DNA from: Planctomycetota bacterium
GTDB lineage: Bacteria > Planctomycetota > PLA2 > JAEUHO01
DNA length: 64,000 nt
NCBI GenBank assembly: GCA_965222115.1
Contig: CBDCTJ010000001.1
Location: 576,001 to 640,000, forward strand
Direction of reading: 5' to 3'
Shown piece by piece: positions 48,183-58,800 of this stretch (position 1 is the first letter of the stretch; the number at the start of each line of letters is the position of its first letter). The notes beneath the pieces were generated by a model. It made no database searches, was not told where the DNA came from, and saw only the letters and a list, made by a program, of their open reading frames with translations. The translations under genes and the position numbers were made by a program.

Positions 48183-49112
48183 TTACCTACCCGCTGCGGC
48201 TCCGAGGTCCCTTTCGCCGCGATCGCCATTGCCCAACGGTCGCACGGTGCGGTCTTCTTGGGAGTTGGCGCTCGCTCTACGCGCGGCAATACGGCCGAGC
48301 GCAGAGAACGAACTAATCGTTTCCGTGCCTGGCATCTGCGGCCAATTGGCACCACCGGAGAGCCAAAGCTCAGCACCCGCTTCTTGGGCCAGCCTTGAGA
48401 CGCTACCGAGGCGCACGGCCAACCCCGCAGCATCCGCGGTGACGTCCGACACGAGCACCACCACGTGTGGCTGCTGCCCTTCAATCATCTGCTCGATGTT
48501 CTCGGGCTCGGTGGCGACGCCCATTTCAAGCACCGTGTAACCACGCTCGCGCAACACGGTCTCCGCGAGACAAAGAAGAACACTTCCAATCTCGCCGCCG
48601 GGGCTCGCAAGCAACGCGACAGGAGCGCCCATGCGCGGACGAAGTCGTCCCGCAGCACGCAAGCAGGCGCGCACAAAACTACTCTGAAGCGCACGCCAGG
48701 TGCCTTCCTTCAATCGGCCCTCGTGGTGGCGACGTCGCAGTCCGTGGAGAAACTCGGCAAGTACGGCGTCGGCCGCTTGTCCCCAATCCGACGCATTTGC
48801 ACGTAGCGCGAGGAGAGCGGCTTCCATGCGATCCGGATCCACCAATGTGTTCGCGCGATCGAGCCACTCGCGCGGCGCGCCCAACCGTAGACTCAAGTGC
48901 CCCGTGGAACGGCCCATGCCAGCACGCGGATCAACCAGCGCACGAAAGTCCATAATGACGCTGCGAAGGAAGCGTCGGTGGCCGCCGGGTGTGCGCGTGT
49001 GGGGAATTCGTCCTTGATCACTCCAGCGCTTGAGCGTTGTGGGGCCGACGCCCAAAAGCCGCGCAGCTTCGGGAAGGGTGATCACGTCGGACGGGCTAGG
49101 GTCATTTGCCAT
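48183..49112 (-). CDS. MerR/excisionase-type HTH plus B12-binding-like domain regulator (CarH-like)
   Basis: EAARLLGVGPTTLKRWSDQGRI..RTPGGHRRF; C-terminal Rossmann-like domain. Confidence 0.75.
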   Translation of the reverse strand: MANDPSPSDVITLPEAARLLGVGPTTLKRWSDQGRIPHTRTPGGHRRFLRSVIMDFRALVDPRAGMGRSTGHLSLRLGAPREWLDRANTLVDPDRMEAALLALRANASDWGQAADAVLAEFLHGLRRRHHEGRLKEGTWRALQSSFVRACLRAAGRLRPRMGAPVALLASPGGEIGSVLLCLAETVLRERGYTVLEMGVATEPENIEQMIEGQQPHVVVLVSDVTADAAGLAVRLGSVSRLAQEAGAELWLSGGANWPQMPGTETISSFSALGRIAARRASANSQEDRTVRPLGNGDRGERDLGAAAGR

Positions 49113-49554
49113 TTCTGCTACCTCGCGGCTTGCTACCTATTCGTGGTCGCATCTTCACGTCTAAAGTCCCTCGCAATCAAAGGGCCCAAATCCACCGAAT
49201 CCTTCAAAACTTCTCTCATAATTGGATTATCGGCCTCGTGAGGCGATTTTCTGCAGCAATTCATACCGTCTCACACGAACTCAAGATGAGGAATTGACTA
49301 ACGAAACTCGCTTGCACAATCTCATTTGTACCATTAGCGCACCACAAATTGCTCGTTGATTGGGAATATGAACTCGGAACACATAATTCAGTATGAAACG
49401 GCGCTGAGCGGCGCCCCTCATGGGCGATTCAGTAATGGACTCGCGTCGGACGTTTTTTGCTCGACCGAAGATTGGCGCGAATCCACTGTCTAGCCTGGAC
49501 TGTTCATGACTAGTCCGGGTTAGGAACGGCATCGGTTGCGTGCGGAGGGACGGC

Positions 49555-50694
49555 ATGGACAAGGACATGACGAGAGGCGCAACGGACGGCGCCAACCTCC
49601 GTACAACCTCGCGAGCCGTAAATCGCGGCCTGCTCTTTTTCGCGCTCACGGGCATCGCGGTGTGGGCATTTGGCCTGCTGGTGTGGCCGTTTATCAAACC
49701 CATCGCATGGGCACTTTGCTTGGCGGCCATCTCACTCAAACCCTACTACTGGCTGGCGAAGACCTGGCGTAAACCTCGCCTCGCAGCATTCGTGATGACG
49801 GTCGTGACGGCGCTGATGGTAGTCGGTCCCATTGCGTTTGTGTCGTACCTCGTGCTGGATGAAGCCCAGAGCATTGATCTGACATCGAGCATCAAGGATC
49901 TAGAAGATGCCCAGGGCGAGTGGACCACCAAAATCGACACCGTTCTGAAGAAGGTTGGCCTGCCCGGCCTCGATGACATTACCAAAGAGGTTGAAAAGGA
50001 CCTCCCTGCAATGGTCATGCGCGTGATCACGGGACCTGTTCGAGACACGGCATTTTCCGTCATCATGAGCCCCTTCGTGTTTCTTTTAAGCTTCGCGGTC
50101 ATGCTCGCAACCCAGTACTTCATTTATCTGGAGTCGAGTAGGCTCCGCCGCATGGCGCACGACCTGTCGCCCCTGGCAAATGACGATACCGATCTGATTC
50201 TGGCCAACCTCCGCGAGACAACCGCCAGTGCAATTATCGGAACTGTATTGGTGGCTGCCATTCAAGGGGCGCTGGGTGGCATTGGGTTTGCCATTGCCGG
50301 CATTCAGTCGCCGGTGATGTGGTCGGTGGTCATGGCCGCCGCATCGCTTATTCCATTCGTTGGATGTGCGGTGGTTTGGGTCCCCGCCGTGATCTACCTC
50401 TTTGCCACGGGCGACACGAGCATGGCGTGGTTCTTGTTGGGCTGGTCAGCCATTGTCGTTGGCAGTGCGGACAACTTCTTGCGGCCCTGGATTATGACGA
50501 AAACGGGCGCCAAAGACATTCATCCCATGCTCTTGTTCTTTGCCATCCTCAGTGGGATCGGCCTTTTTGGCATTAGCGGCATCGTCTTTGGTCCACTGTT
50601 GCTCGCGCTCTTGCTCACGCTCGTTCTCATTTACCGCGAACACCTATCGGAAGTGCCCGCGTTGACGTTCGCGAAGAATGCGCCCGAATCATGA
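49555..50694 (+). CDS. AI-2E family transporter
   Basis: Multi-TM; IPFVG, DNFLRP, IHPMLL, FGISGIVFGP. Confidence 0.92.
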   Translation: MDKDMTRGATDGANLRTTSRAVNRGLLFFALTGIAVWAFGLLVWPFIKPIAWALCLAAISLKPYYWLAKTWRKPRLAAFVMTVVTALMVVGPIAFVSYLVLDEAQSIDLTSSIKDLEDAQGEWTTKIDTVLKKVGLPGLDDITKEVEKDLPAMVMRVITGPVRDTAFSVIMSPFVFLLSFAVMLATQYFIYLESSRLRRMAHDLSPLANDDTDLILANLRETTASAIIGTVLVAAIQGALGGIGFAIAGIQSPVMWSVVMAAASLIPFVGCAVVWVPAVIYLFATGDTSMAWFLLGWSAIVVGSADNFLRPWIMTKTGAKDIHPMLLFFAILSGIGLFGISGIVFGPLLLALLLTLVLIYREHLSEVPALTFAKNAPES

Positions 50695-50705
50695 ACGCAG
50701 CCACG

Positions 50706-51227
50706 TCATGATCGCAGCGCAAGCGTAACGCCCTCAAGTTCAAGCAGCGCCCGTTTGGTATCGACGCCGCCGGGCGCCGAAAAGCCACAGAGTTTTCGAT
50801 TCGCTGCTACCACGCGATGGCACGGCACATAGAGCGGTAGCGGATTGCGCGAACAGGCCCCCCCAACAACGCGCGCGGCACGGGGCTTTCGAATGGCCTT
50901 TGCAACGGCACCGTAGGTGCGCACTTGCCCGCGGGGGATCTTTCGCAGTTGTTTCCAGATGCGCGTATCGGTGCCGTTGTCAGGAAGGACGACGGGGAAG
51001 GCCAGTTCGCGTTTGGATCCCTCGAAGTAGCGCTCGATGGCACGTCCCGCGCCAGTGGTCATGGCACTGGCACGCTTGAAGGCGGCTTCGGGGTACTGCT
51101 TCTTCACCGCCGCCTGCAAACGATCCACGTCGCCGCCGATTTGAATGCGAATCACGCCACTGGACGTACCCGCAATGAGGACGGGGCCAATGGGCGTCTT
51201 GCGAACGCGCGTCATGTGAACGTGCAT
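50706..51227 (-). CDS. ogt: Methylated-DNA-protein-cysteine methyltransferase
   Basis: IPRGQVRTYG, RVVGGAC, NPLPLYVPCHRVV. Confidence 0.93.
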   Translation of the reverse strand: MHVHMTRVRKTPIGPVLIAGTSSGVIRIQIGGDVDRLQAAVKKQYPEAAFKRASAMTTGAGRAIERYFEGSKRELAFPVVLPDNGTDTRIWKQLRKIPRGQVRTYGAVAKAIRKPRAARVVGGACSRNPLPLYVPCHRVVAANRKLCGFSAPGGVDTKRALLELEGVTLALRS

Positions 51228-51263
51228 GCGTCCCTCTTTCTATGATCGATTTGCAGAGCGCGC

Positions 51264-53114
51264 CTAGCGACGCCCACCCAAGACAACGCGAAGTCTCACC
51301 GTTTGATCTTCACGAAGCACCGCGAGTTCAACGTCTTTGCCCGGTCGGAGCCTAGCAAGAAGTCGCGAGAGGTCTTGCAGGGTACGCACGGTCTGGCCCG
51401 CGAGTGACACGACGATGTCGCCTGGCTGGACTCCGGCGCGCTGGGCTGGGCCTTTGGGACTCACCGCCGAGACCAAAATGCCACGCGGGTCGGGTTCGCG
51501 AGACGGCACAACGCCGATAAACGCTGGGCGCCGCGGACGGGGCGGCATGGTGAACTCAAGCGCAGCGTTGCGGTTTGCCGTCGTGGTGCACGTGTCACGC
51601 ACGAGTTCGGTGATGCGGTGCATGGCGTCGAAGTCCAGCGTATCTACATCGTCTGTGGGGCGATGGTAATCCTTGTGAAGCATGGTGAAGAAGAAGAGTA
51701 CCGGAATGCGTTTTCGAAAAAACGAGGTGCTGTCGGTAGGTGCAGTGCCGCCCGGGTCACATGTGATGTTGAGCTTGTGATCCTTGTTGGCCGTGGCGAC
51801 AACATCCCTGAGCCCTTTTGCCGTACCCACACCACCAACGTGCAACTTGTTGTCGCGGCAACGACCCACCATATCCATATTGATCATGAGGCGTATGTCG
51901 GCCAACGGCACGGTGGGCTTATTCACGAAGTGACGCGACCCAAGGAGGCCTCGCTCCTCACCGGTGAATGCGATGAAGAGTATGGAGCGGCGTGGCCGAT
52001 GCGCTTCGTTCCCAAACCATGCTGCCAGTTCAAGCAAGCTCGACGTTCCCGATGCGTTGTCGTCGGCACCGTTGTGAATCTTGCCGGACGCACTGGGTCC
52101 GCCAGCGCTTCCAAAGAGACCCAGGCCCACGTGGTCGTAGTGTGCCCCCACCACAATGACTTCATGCGCCAACTCGGGATCACGACCGCGGAGCAAGCCC
52201 ACCACATTTCGCGCATTCTTGCCTTTGGACTGCGTGAGTTTCGTCGTGAGGGCCACATGAACGTTCTTGGGCGCAAAGCTCTTGGGGCCGTCGGCGCGAA
52301 GTGACGTCTCCCAGTCCTGCAGCGTTGTTCCCTGAACATCGAGAATCGACTGTGCCATGGCCTGCGAGATAAACGCGTAGGGAATCGCACCACTGCCCGC
52401 AGGCGCGCCAAGTGACGCACTCCAATGGCCGATGCGATCGCCACCTCCTTTGGTGGTCGCGGGGTCATTGCAGAGCAGAAGCGCCACCGCACCTCGCTTG
52501 GCGGCCTGACCGAGCTTGTTGACAAACGACGCGTGTTTGACGTTCTTCCAACCCGGGTCCTTGCGCATCACGAGCACGACTTTGCCCTTGACGTCAACAT
52601 CCGTGTAGTCGTCCCATGAGCGCTCCGGCGCCGAAATGCCGTAGCCACAGCACACGACTTCGCCGGAGATCGATCCAACCGCCGACACCGAAAAGGGGTT
52701 CCAGTCCTTTTCCACGGCGTACGACGTAGATGTGCCACCGATCGCGATGGAACACACATTGCCCTTCTGCAAAACCGGCTCGCGAATGGTGAAGGGTTGA
52801 AACCATGTGCCGTCCGTTCCGTGGGGCTCCACGCCCGCGGCCTCCAAGTGCTTTGCGATGTAGTTCGATGCAACGGTCGCTTCTTTGCTGGTGGAATCTC
52901 GACCGCGCATGGCGTCGGACGCGAGATGTTCCACATGGCGCCGCAACGATTCCTTATCAATGACAGGATCGGGCGCAACGACGTCGGACGCGTGACGCTC
53001 TCTAGCACTCGCAGCGTGTGGCTCGACTCCGAGCACAGCAACCCACAGAACCAGGACAATTCGACAAGAACGCATCGTTTCCCCCAACATCGAACCGCGC
53101 GCATGTGCACTCAT
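51264..53114 (-). CDS. M28 peptidase with PA and PDZ domains
   Basis: GAHYDH, GADDNASG, GEERGLLGS, NMDMVG, YHRPTD, C-terminal PDZ. Confidence 0.93.
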   Translation of the reverse strand: MSAHARGSMLGETMRSCRIVLVLWVAVLGVEPHAASARERHASDVVAPDPVIDKESLRRHVEHLASDAMRGRDSTSKEATVASNYIAKHLEAAGVEPHGTDGTWFQPFTIREPVLQKGNVCSIAIGGTSTSYAVEKDWNPFSVSAVGSISGEVVCCGYGISAPERSWDDYTDVDVKGKVVLVMRKDPGWKNVKHASFVNKLGQAAKRGAVALLLCNDPATTKGGGDRIGHWSASLGAPAGSGAIPYAFISQAMAQSILDVQGTTLQDWETSLRADGPKSFAPKNVHVALTTKLTQSKGKNARNVVGLLRGRDPELAHEVIVVGAHYDHVGLGLFGSAGGPSASGKIHNGADDNASGTSSLLELAAWFGNEAHRPRRSILFIAFTGEERGLLGSRHFVNKPTVPLADIRLMINMDMVGRCRDNKLHVGGVGTAKGLRDVVATANKDHKLNITCDPGGTAPTDSTSFFRKRIPVLFFFTMLHKDYHRPTDDVDTLDFDAMHRITELVRDTCTTTANRNAALEFTMPPRPRRPAFIGVVPSREPDPRGILVSAVSPKGPAQRAGVQPGDIVVSLAGQTVRTLQDLSRLLARLRPGKDVELAVLREDQTVRLRVVLGGRR

Positions 53115-53134
53115 GAAGGCTCCCTACCGTTGCT

Positions 53135-54064
53135 TCACGACTCGGTGGCAAGCAGTGCTCGCAGTGCGTGATCGACCTCTTCCCACTCGGGATGCGCTTC
53201 ATGGGCTTCTTTGAGCAACCGTGCGGCCTCTAGCAGTCGTTCTGCGTTATTTCGCAAAAACAGCCCGTAGTTGCCCTTCGCACGCGATGGATTGCGTGCC
53301 GCACGCACGGCATTCTTGAATCCCTGTTCCGCACGATCGGGCACACCGAGGTGTTGATGGGCAACGGCAAACACCGTCCACGCGCGCTCATTCTTTTTCC
53401 GACGCTTGAGTGAGGCCGTCGCGACTTGTGCCGCCTCTTGCCAGCGCTCACAAAGCATGAGCGCGCCCGCCAAGTCGTCGAGGTACGGACCCCAATCGGG
53501 TTGCAACACGGTGGCTTTGCGAAAGTAGGTGGCCGCGGCTTCCGGATCACCGGTTTCAATCTTGGCGTACCCCAATGCGGCGAATACGGGAGCCTCTTTC
53601 TTGTGGTGCTTCTTGTGTGCCTCAAGCACCTTGGCCGCTTCCTTCGAACGCCCCTGGACACGCAGTGCACGTGTCAACCGAATCAACGGTTCCACATCGT
53701 TGGGGGCCATGCGCAGCGCATCGCGAAACGACGACGTGGCGTCTTCCCAACGTCGTTGCAATTCGTAGGCGCACCCGAAGGCAAACTGAACGCCCGCCGA
53801 TCGCTTTACGTCCGACCGCGTGCTTTCTGCAAACGCGTCTATGGCTCGCCAGTCTTTGTAGCGCGTGTAAAACTCAAGCGTGCGAACAGCCAACCGGCTC
53901 GAGTCGCTGAAGGCTGTACGCGCTTGTTCTAGGAGTTTTCGCGCGACGGCGGAGGAGCCTTCGCTCTCGTTCGCGTCGACAAGTCGCAATAATGCCTTTT
54001 CGTCGCCCGCTGCAATGGCGGCATCGAACTCGCGCTGCACGTCTTCCGGTAGGACCGACTCCAT
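53135..54064 (-). CDS. TPR-repeat protein
   Basis: Repeated TPR helices. Confidence 0.8.
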   Translation of the reverse strand: MESVLPEDVQREFDAAIAAGDEKALLRLVDANESEGSSAVARKLLEQARTAFSDSSRLAVRTLEFYTRYKDWRAIDAFAESTRSDVKRSAGVQFAFGCAYELQRRWEDATSSFRDALRMAPNDVEPLIRLTRALRVQGRSKEAAKVLEAHKKHHKKEAPVFAALGYAKIETGDPEAAATYFRKATVLQPDWGPYLDDLAGALMLCERWQEAAQVATASLKRRKKNERAWTVFAVAHQHLGVPDRAEQGFKNAVRAARNPSRAKGNYGLFLRNNAERLLEAARLLKEAHEAHPEWEEVDHALRALLATES

Positions 54065-54190
54065 AGCGACAAGGTAGCAGCCTGCGAGGCGAAATCCTGT
54101 GTGGCCCGCGCGCACTCCCCGGAGGCGAGACGGCCAGTAGCAAGGCGCATCGAAGCGCGCCCCGAACGCGCGCTTCGTGCAACATCCGGG

Positions 54191-55570
54191 CTAGCGAGCC
54201 ACTGCGGCGCGGAATTTCGCCCAGGGGAAGTTCTTGCCGGGGCAGGCCGTATTGCAGCAGTCGCAGTGCCCAATGATGTCTCGGGGCGATATGCCGTAGC
54301 GCTTCGCAAGCCACTTACAGAGCGACACCATCGCGGCGAACTGCTTGGAGGTGGGCTCGGCATCCCCCTCGTCGAAGTCGCCTACGAGGCAGATGCCGAC
54401 GCCGTACTCGTTGTACCGATTTCCAGGCACCTTTGCATGGGCACCCTGAATCTGGCGCACCCAGCGCGGGCCAACTTCGACTTCGCCGTCACCACTGAGG
54501 CTTCCGTTTCCAATGACGAAGTGATAGCCAAGCCCGTTTTCCCATCCATTGTCCTCGAGGTGAGTCTTGTGATACTTGGCGGCGTTGCCGCTGGTGTCAT
54601 CGGAGTGATGGAGCACAATCCATCGCCACTTACGCTCTTTGACGCTCGACGGAGGCGCCCAAGTGCTTGAGGAGACCGGGGCGCACTCGAACGGGCAGGA
54701 ACCACGCTTCGACGGTGAACAAAACATGCCATCGGAACTGCCCAACAGTTCATCGATGGAGCGTAACTTACGTTTACCACTCTTGCGGGCCGGCTTGGCC
54801 GCCACGCTACGCTTGTTTGAAGACGCGCGCCGAGCCACATCAACCTTGGAACTCATGGGTAGTGAGGCACCGGACGACGGAAGAGAACGAGTAACAACAC
54901 CATTCGCAGGCATGACCGTGCCACCCAAACTCGTCGTTGAACCACCGGGCGTTGCCGGATAGACGAAGATGCGCGAACCCTGTTGCACGATGCGCGCGCC
55001 GGCGGGCCAACCTTGGTTGCCAACTCCGTGGCCAGCAGTTCCGTGCCCGGCAGCACCGTGGCCATGGGCGGGCATATAGGGATTGCTCCTCCCCATGAGG
55101 GCGCGGTACGGACGATGGGGTGTGGCGCTGGTTGACTGAGGCGAATAGGTTGGCTGAGGCGAAGGTGTATAGGTAGAGCGCGCAGACAGCGAATGCGCGT
55201 CAACCTCATGCGATAGGAACGTGACGACTCGGCTGGGAAGCACCCACGTATTGCCCGACTTCGAAACAATGTCCTTGAGCACGTAGCGCTTGCCGTTAAC
55301 CGTTGCATCGGAACGATTTTGGTAGAGGCGCACGCGCACGGCGCCTTGCATCAATAGATAGCTACCGGCGTCTTGAACCGTGAGACCCTTGGACCGGGCA
55401 AATTGGCGCGCCGTCATGGATGCATCGGCAGCTTGTGCCGCCGTATGGTGAATCGCCGCAAACCCGGTCACGAGCAACGCGAAGAAGAGGCCGCGCTTCC
55501 AGTAGGTACGCGATTCCGAGGCGCCTGTCTGTTCCGACGCGTACGTCTGTATCTTCCCTGAACTGCTCAT
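54191..55570 (-). CDS. N-acetylmuramoyl-L-alanine amidase (Amidase_2/PGRP-like)
   Basis: IVLHHS, GLGYHFVIGNG, GAHA, GICLVGDF, IIGH..TACPG. Confidence 0.9.
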   Translation of the reverse strand: MSSSGKIQTYASEQTGASESRTYWKRGLFFALLVTGFAAIHHTAAQAADASMTARQFARSKGLTVQDAGSYLLMQGAVRVRLYQNRSDATVNGKRYVLKDIVSKSGNTWVLPSRVVTFLSHEVDAHSLSARSTYTPSPQPTYSPQSTSATPHRPYRALMGRSNPYMPAHGHGAAGHGTAGHGVGNQGWPAGARIVQQGSRIFVYPATPGGSTTSLGGTVMPANGVVTRSLPSSGASLPMSSKVDVARRASSNKRSVAAKPARKSGKRKLRSIDELLGSSDGMFCSPSKRGSCPFECAPVSSSTWAPPSSVKERKWRWIVLHHSDDTSGNAAKYHKTHLEDNGWENGLGYHFVIGNGSLSGDGEVEVGPRWVRQIQGAHAKVPGNRYNEYGVGICLVGDFDEGDAEPTSKQFAAMVSLCKWLAKRYGISPRDIIGHCDCCNTACPGKNFPWAKFRAAVAR

Positions 55571-55867
55571 CGGAAGCTCCCTCGTAGGCCATGCGCGACC
55601 GCTCGCCGGTGGACCCTACCGCCACCAAGCGACAAAAAATGGCGGCCCGCTGAGCGCAGGCCGCCCCTCCATGGGTAATCGGCTTGAATTCATCGGCCCC
55701 GCAGCCCGCTGGCGCGCGGTTTTGCAGGCGTCCAGCCCTTGGAAACCATCCATCCGTCTCACCTTTAGACAATCGGGCCACTCCGTAGAATCTTCGTGGC
55801 CGATTTCGCGGCGGAATTCCCATCGATCGCCCGGCGACCGCGCCCCATGAACTAGGAGCTGAGTGGC

Positions 55868-58800
55868 ATGACACAGGTCCCCAAAGGACCCAACGAACGG
55901 CCTCAGGGCTCGACGAGGGCGCGATGGCGCGGACCCGTCCTTTGGATCTGGATGGGGATCGTGCTGTTGATGCTGCCCCGCGTAGCCGCGGCCGCCGATG
56001 GGCTCGCTCCACCCAAGGCGCTGACCCTTGAACCGATCCCCTTTGCCGACGCACCGTCCATCGACGGCGACCTGGGCGAGTGGCGCAGTGAAGCAAGCAA
56101 AGCAACCCTGCTTCTAGAGCGGTCGGAACAAGTACACCCCACACGACGCGCTGCATGGGACGGTCCGCGCGACTTGAGTATGCGCGGGTGGGTTGGCCAG
56201 CACGACAACACGTTGTACATGGCGTTGCGCATTCAAGACGATGACCGGTTCCATGACCCAACGGAAGCGTGGTGGCATGGCGATAGCGTAGAACTGTTTA
56301 TCAATAGTGACTATGGCACGCCGTCGTCAACCACCGGATACACGGACGGTTGTTGGCAGTTGTTTCTTATGCCCGTCAACGAAGAAATGCGATGGGGCGT
56401 GGTGTGGCGCGGTAAGCGCATGTTGTTTAGTGATGGCAATCTTCGCGGCGTACGCATGGCCCATCGTCTGCGGGGAAGTGAAGGGCTTGACATTGAGCTC
56501 GCCTTGCCGCTCGAAAACTTTGGCATCGACCCGCGCCGCGGTGCGCGCACCATTGGATTCGCGCTGGCGCTCAACGATGCCGATACGGCTCCGTCTCGGC
56601 CCGGTACCTACATGTCGTGGAATGCGGGATTCGATCTCTTCCAACGACCTGAGCATTTCGGCGCCATGACGCTGGGGCCGACCGCCCCGAAGCAGGATGC
56701 CGCCGCCGCGCCCACACATTCGCCACCAAGCTGGATATGGAGCGCATTGGCGCTCGCCTTCGCAGCGGGCCTTGCGTTGCTGCTCGCAGGCCCCGGAAGC
56801 CATTTTCTTGCGCGTTGGAGCCTACGCGCCAAATGCACCTCACTCGCCTGCATCGGGCTCCTGGCCCTGCTCATTCAACTGGTTGCGGGCAGTCCCGTTG
56901 AGGCCGCTCGCGCGCGCGAGACGCAAGCCATCGCCGAAGCAGCCAAGGCCATGGATCCGATTGCACGCGAAGCTGACCACGCCGGTGTCTTTGTCGATTC
57001 GAGTCCAGCGTCGAGGGCCGATCGACTTCGGCGTCTTATGTTGGGTGACGCCGTGCCGTGCATGCCCCCGGTAGCGGCTGCGCGCATGGTTCCGATTCAT
57101 GAGAACGGATCGTTCGTCGGAGACGTCCCGCCGCGATACGACTTCGACCTTTCCGTCGCCCGTCAGTTCGATCTCCCCGAACCAGTACACGCGCGTGCCC
57201 TGAAGTTGGATGTTCGCATACCTGCAACGGACCGAACGCGTCGTGGCTCCCCCACCCTTGGCACATTGCGCGTATCAAGCAAAGACAAGCGACAGTTTGA
57301 TGTTCCGGTCCCCATGCCACGCACGGAGCCGGGCTCGGCAAGCGCTACGTTGACGTTGACGTTGCCGCAGGCACTGACGTTGCACCGGATGGATTGGATA
57401 CCGAACGACGGCGGCAACCGCGCGACGCTTATGCGTGTGTCGGCGCAATCCCCGGGTAACGACACAAGCAAGCCGTTATTGCTGAGCCGCCGCATGCAAG
57501 CGGGGATTCCTGTCTTAGCGGGACCCGGCACGCACGGTGGTGTGCGCGTATTGACGCCAGGCCAGTCGATGGAAACCGCATTGCCCGCGTTGGATGTCCC
57601 GGCCAATCGACTGTGGGTCTTGCTTGAGAGCGACGTGGCGTTCCCCGACCTCCTGGGTGACCCGGTGTTGGCTCGCTTGGCCGTGCACTACGACCGCGGC
57701 GAGCCACAGATCGTGGCGCTGCGCAACGGGATACACGTGGTGGCCAGTCGCCGCGCGCTGGGTCATGGAAATCCGCCACCCCTTGCCAGTCGAACCGCCT
57801 ATGCATGGCGAGATTCTCAAGGATTTCGTCGGGAGCAACCCGCCCTGCCCGTGGGCCTGGACCCAACCCGCCGTCCCGTGCGCCTAACGCTTGAGAATCT
57901 CAAGCCCGGGGGACCCCTCACGTTGGTGGCTGCCACGTTGGTGGCCCACCGTGCGGAGGCCGGTGGCGCACACCTGCGGGTGACGTACAACGACGAGGGA
58001 CCGCACGACACGGTGCATCGCCGCGATGCCAAGCACCCCGACTTTCACAACATCTTGTCTCGCGACGGCGCCACGCACCGAGACACGCATGGGGACGTGC
58101 GCGTTCATGCGACTCACACATTCGAGACTGAGGCTGGCGACGCATCACTTGAGTTTGAACGCGCCATTCCCGCCGCTGCAACGGACGCCGCCGCGCGCAA
58201 GCGCACGCTACTACTCGGATGTCTCGTCGCCGCATTGGCGCTTTTGGTGCTCATTGCTGTAGATGTCGCGAGTCGTTTTCGACAACTCACGTGGCGGTTG
58301 GGCTTTGGCGTCATCGTTGCGGCGCTTGTTCCGCTGGTTATCTCGCTTTTGCTCGTCGATCAACACGCACGGCGCGACATGGAGCAAGATCAACGGCGCA
58401 TGACGGCCGCGGGAGTTGACGCATTGCGTTTACGGCTTAACGACACGCGGCGACAGATTCAATCAGCGGCCGAAGCACTCGTTGAACATGTCGAGTCACA
58501 CGACTCCACGTCGGAGCGGCTCACACTAAAGCGACGCGTTGCGCTCGTGAGCCGCGCCACGCTGCCCTCCATGCGACGCGCGTCGGTGTGGATCCACGGT
58601 GCGCAAATTCCACCGACGGTTGTGGATGTCGGCGATGTTGCCCAACCATTGCAATGCGCGCGATTTCTTCACGATGCCGCGGGCGACTCCGGACTTCACA
58701 TTTCGCCCTGGGACGGATTGTTGGCCGTGGGATCGGCACGTCGCGGAAGTGATGATCGCTGGGTCCAAGTGATCGTGGGAATACCGATTGACGATGACTA

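Noticed and set aside
55710-55726. Possible sigma54 promoter TGGCGCGCGGTTTTGCA
   Set aside because: GG-to-GC spacing is 11 nt rather than the required 10.
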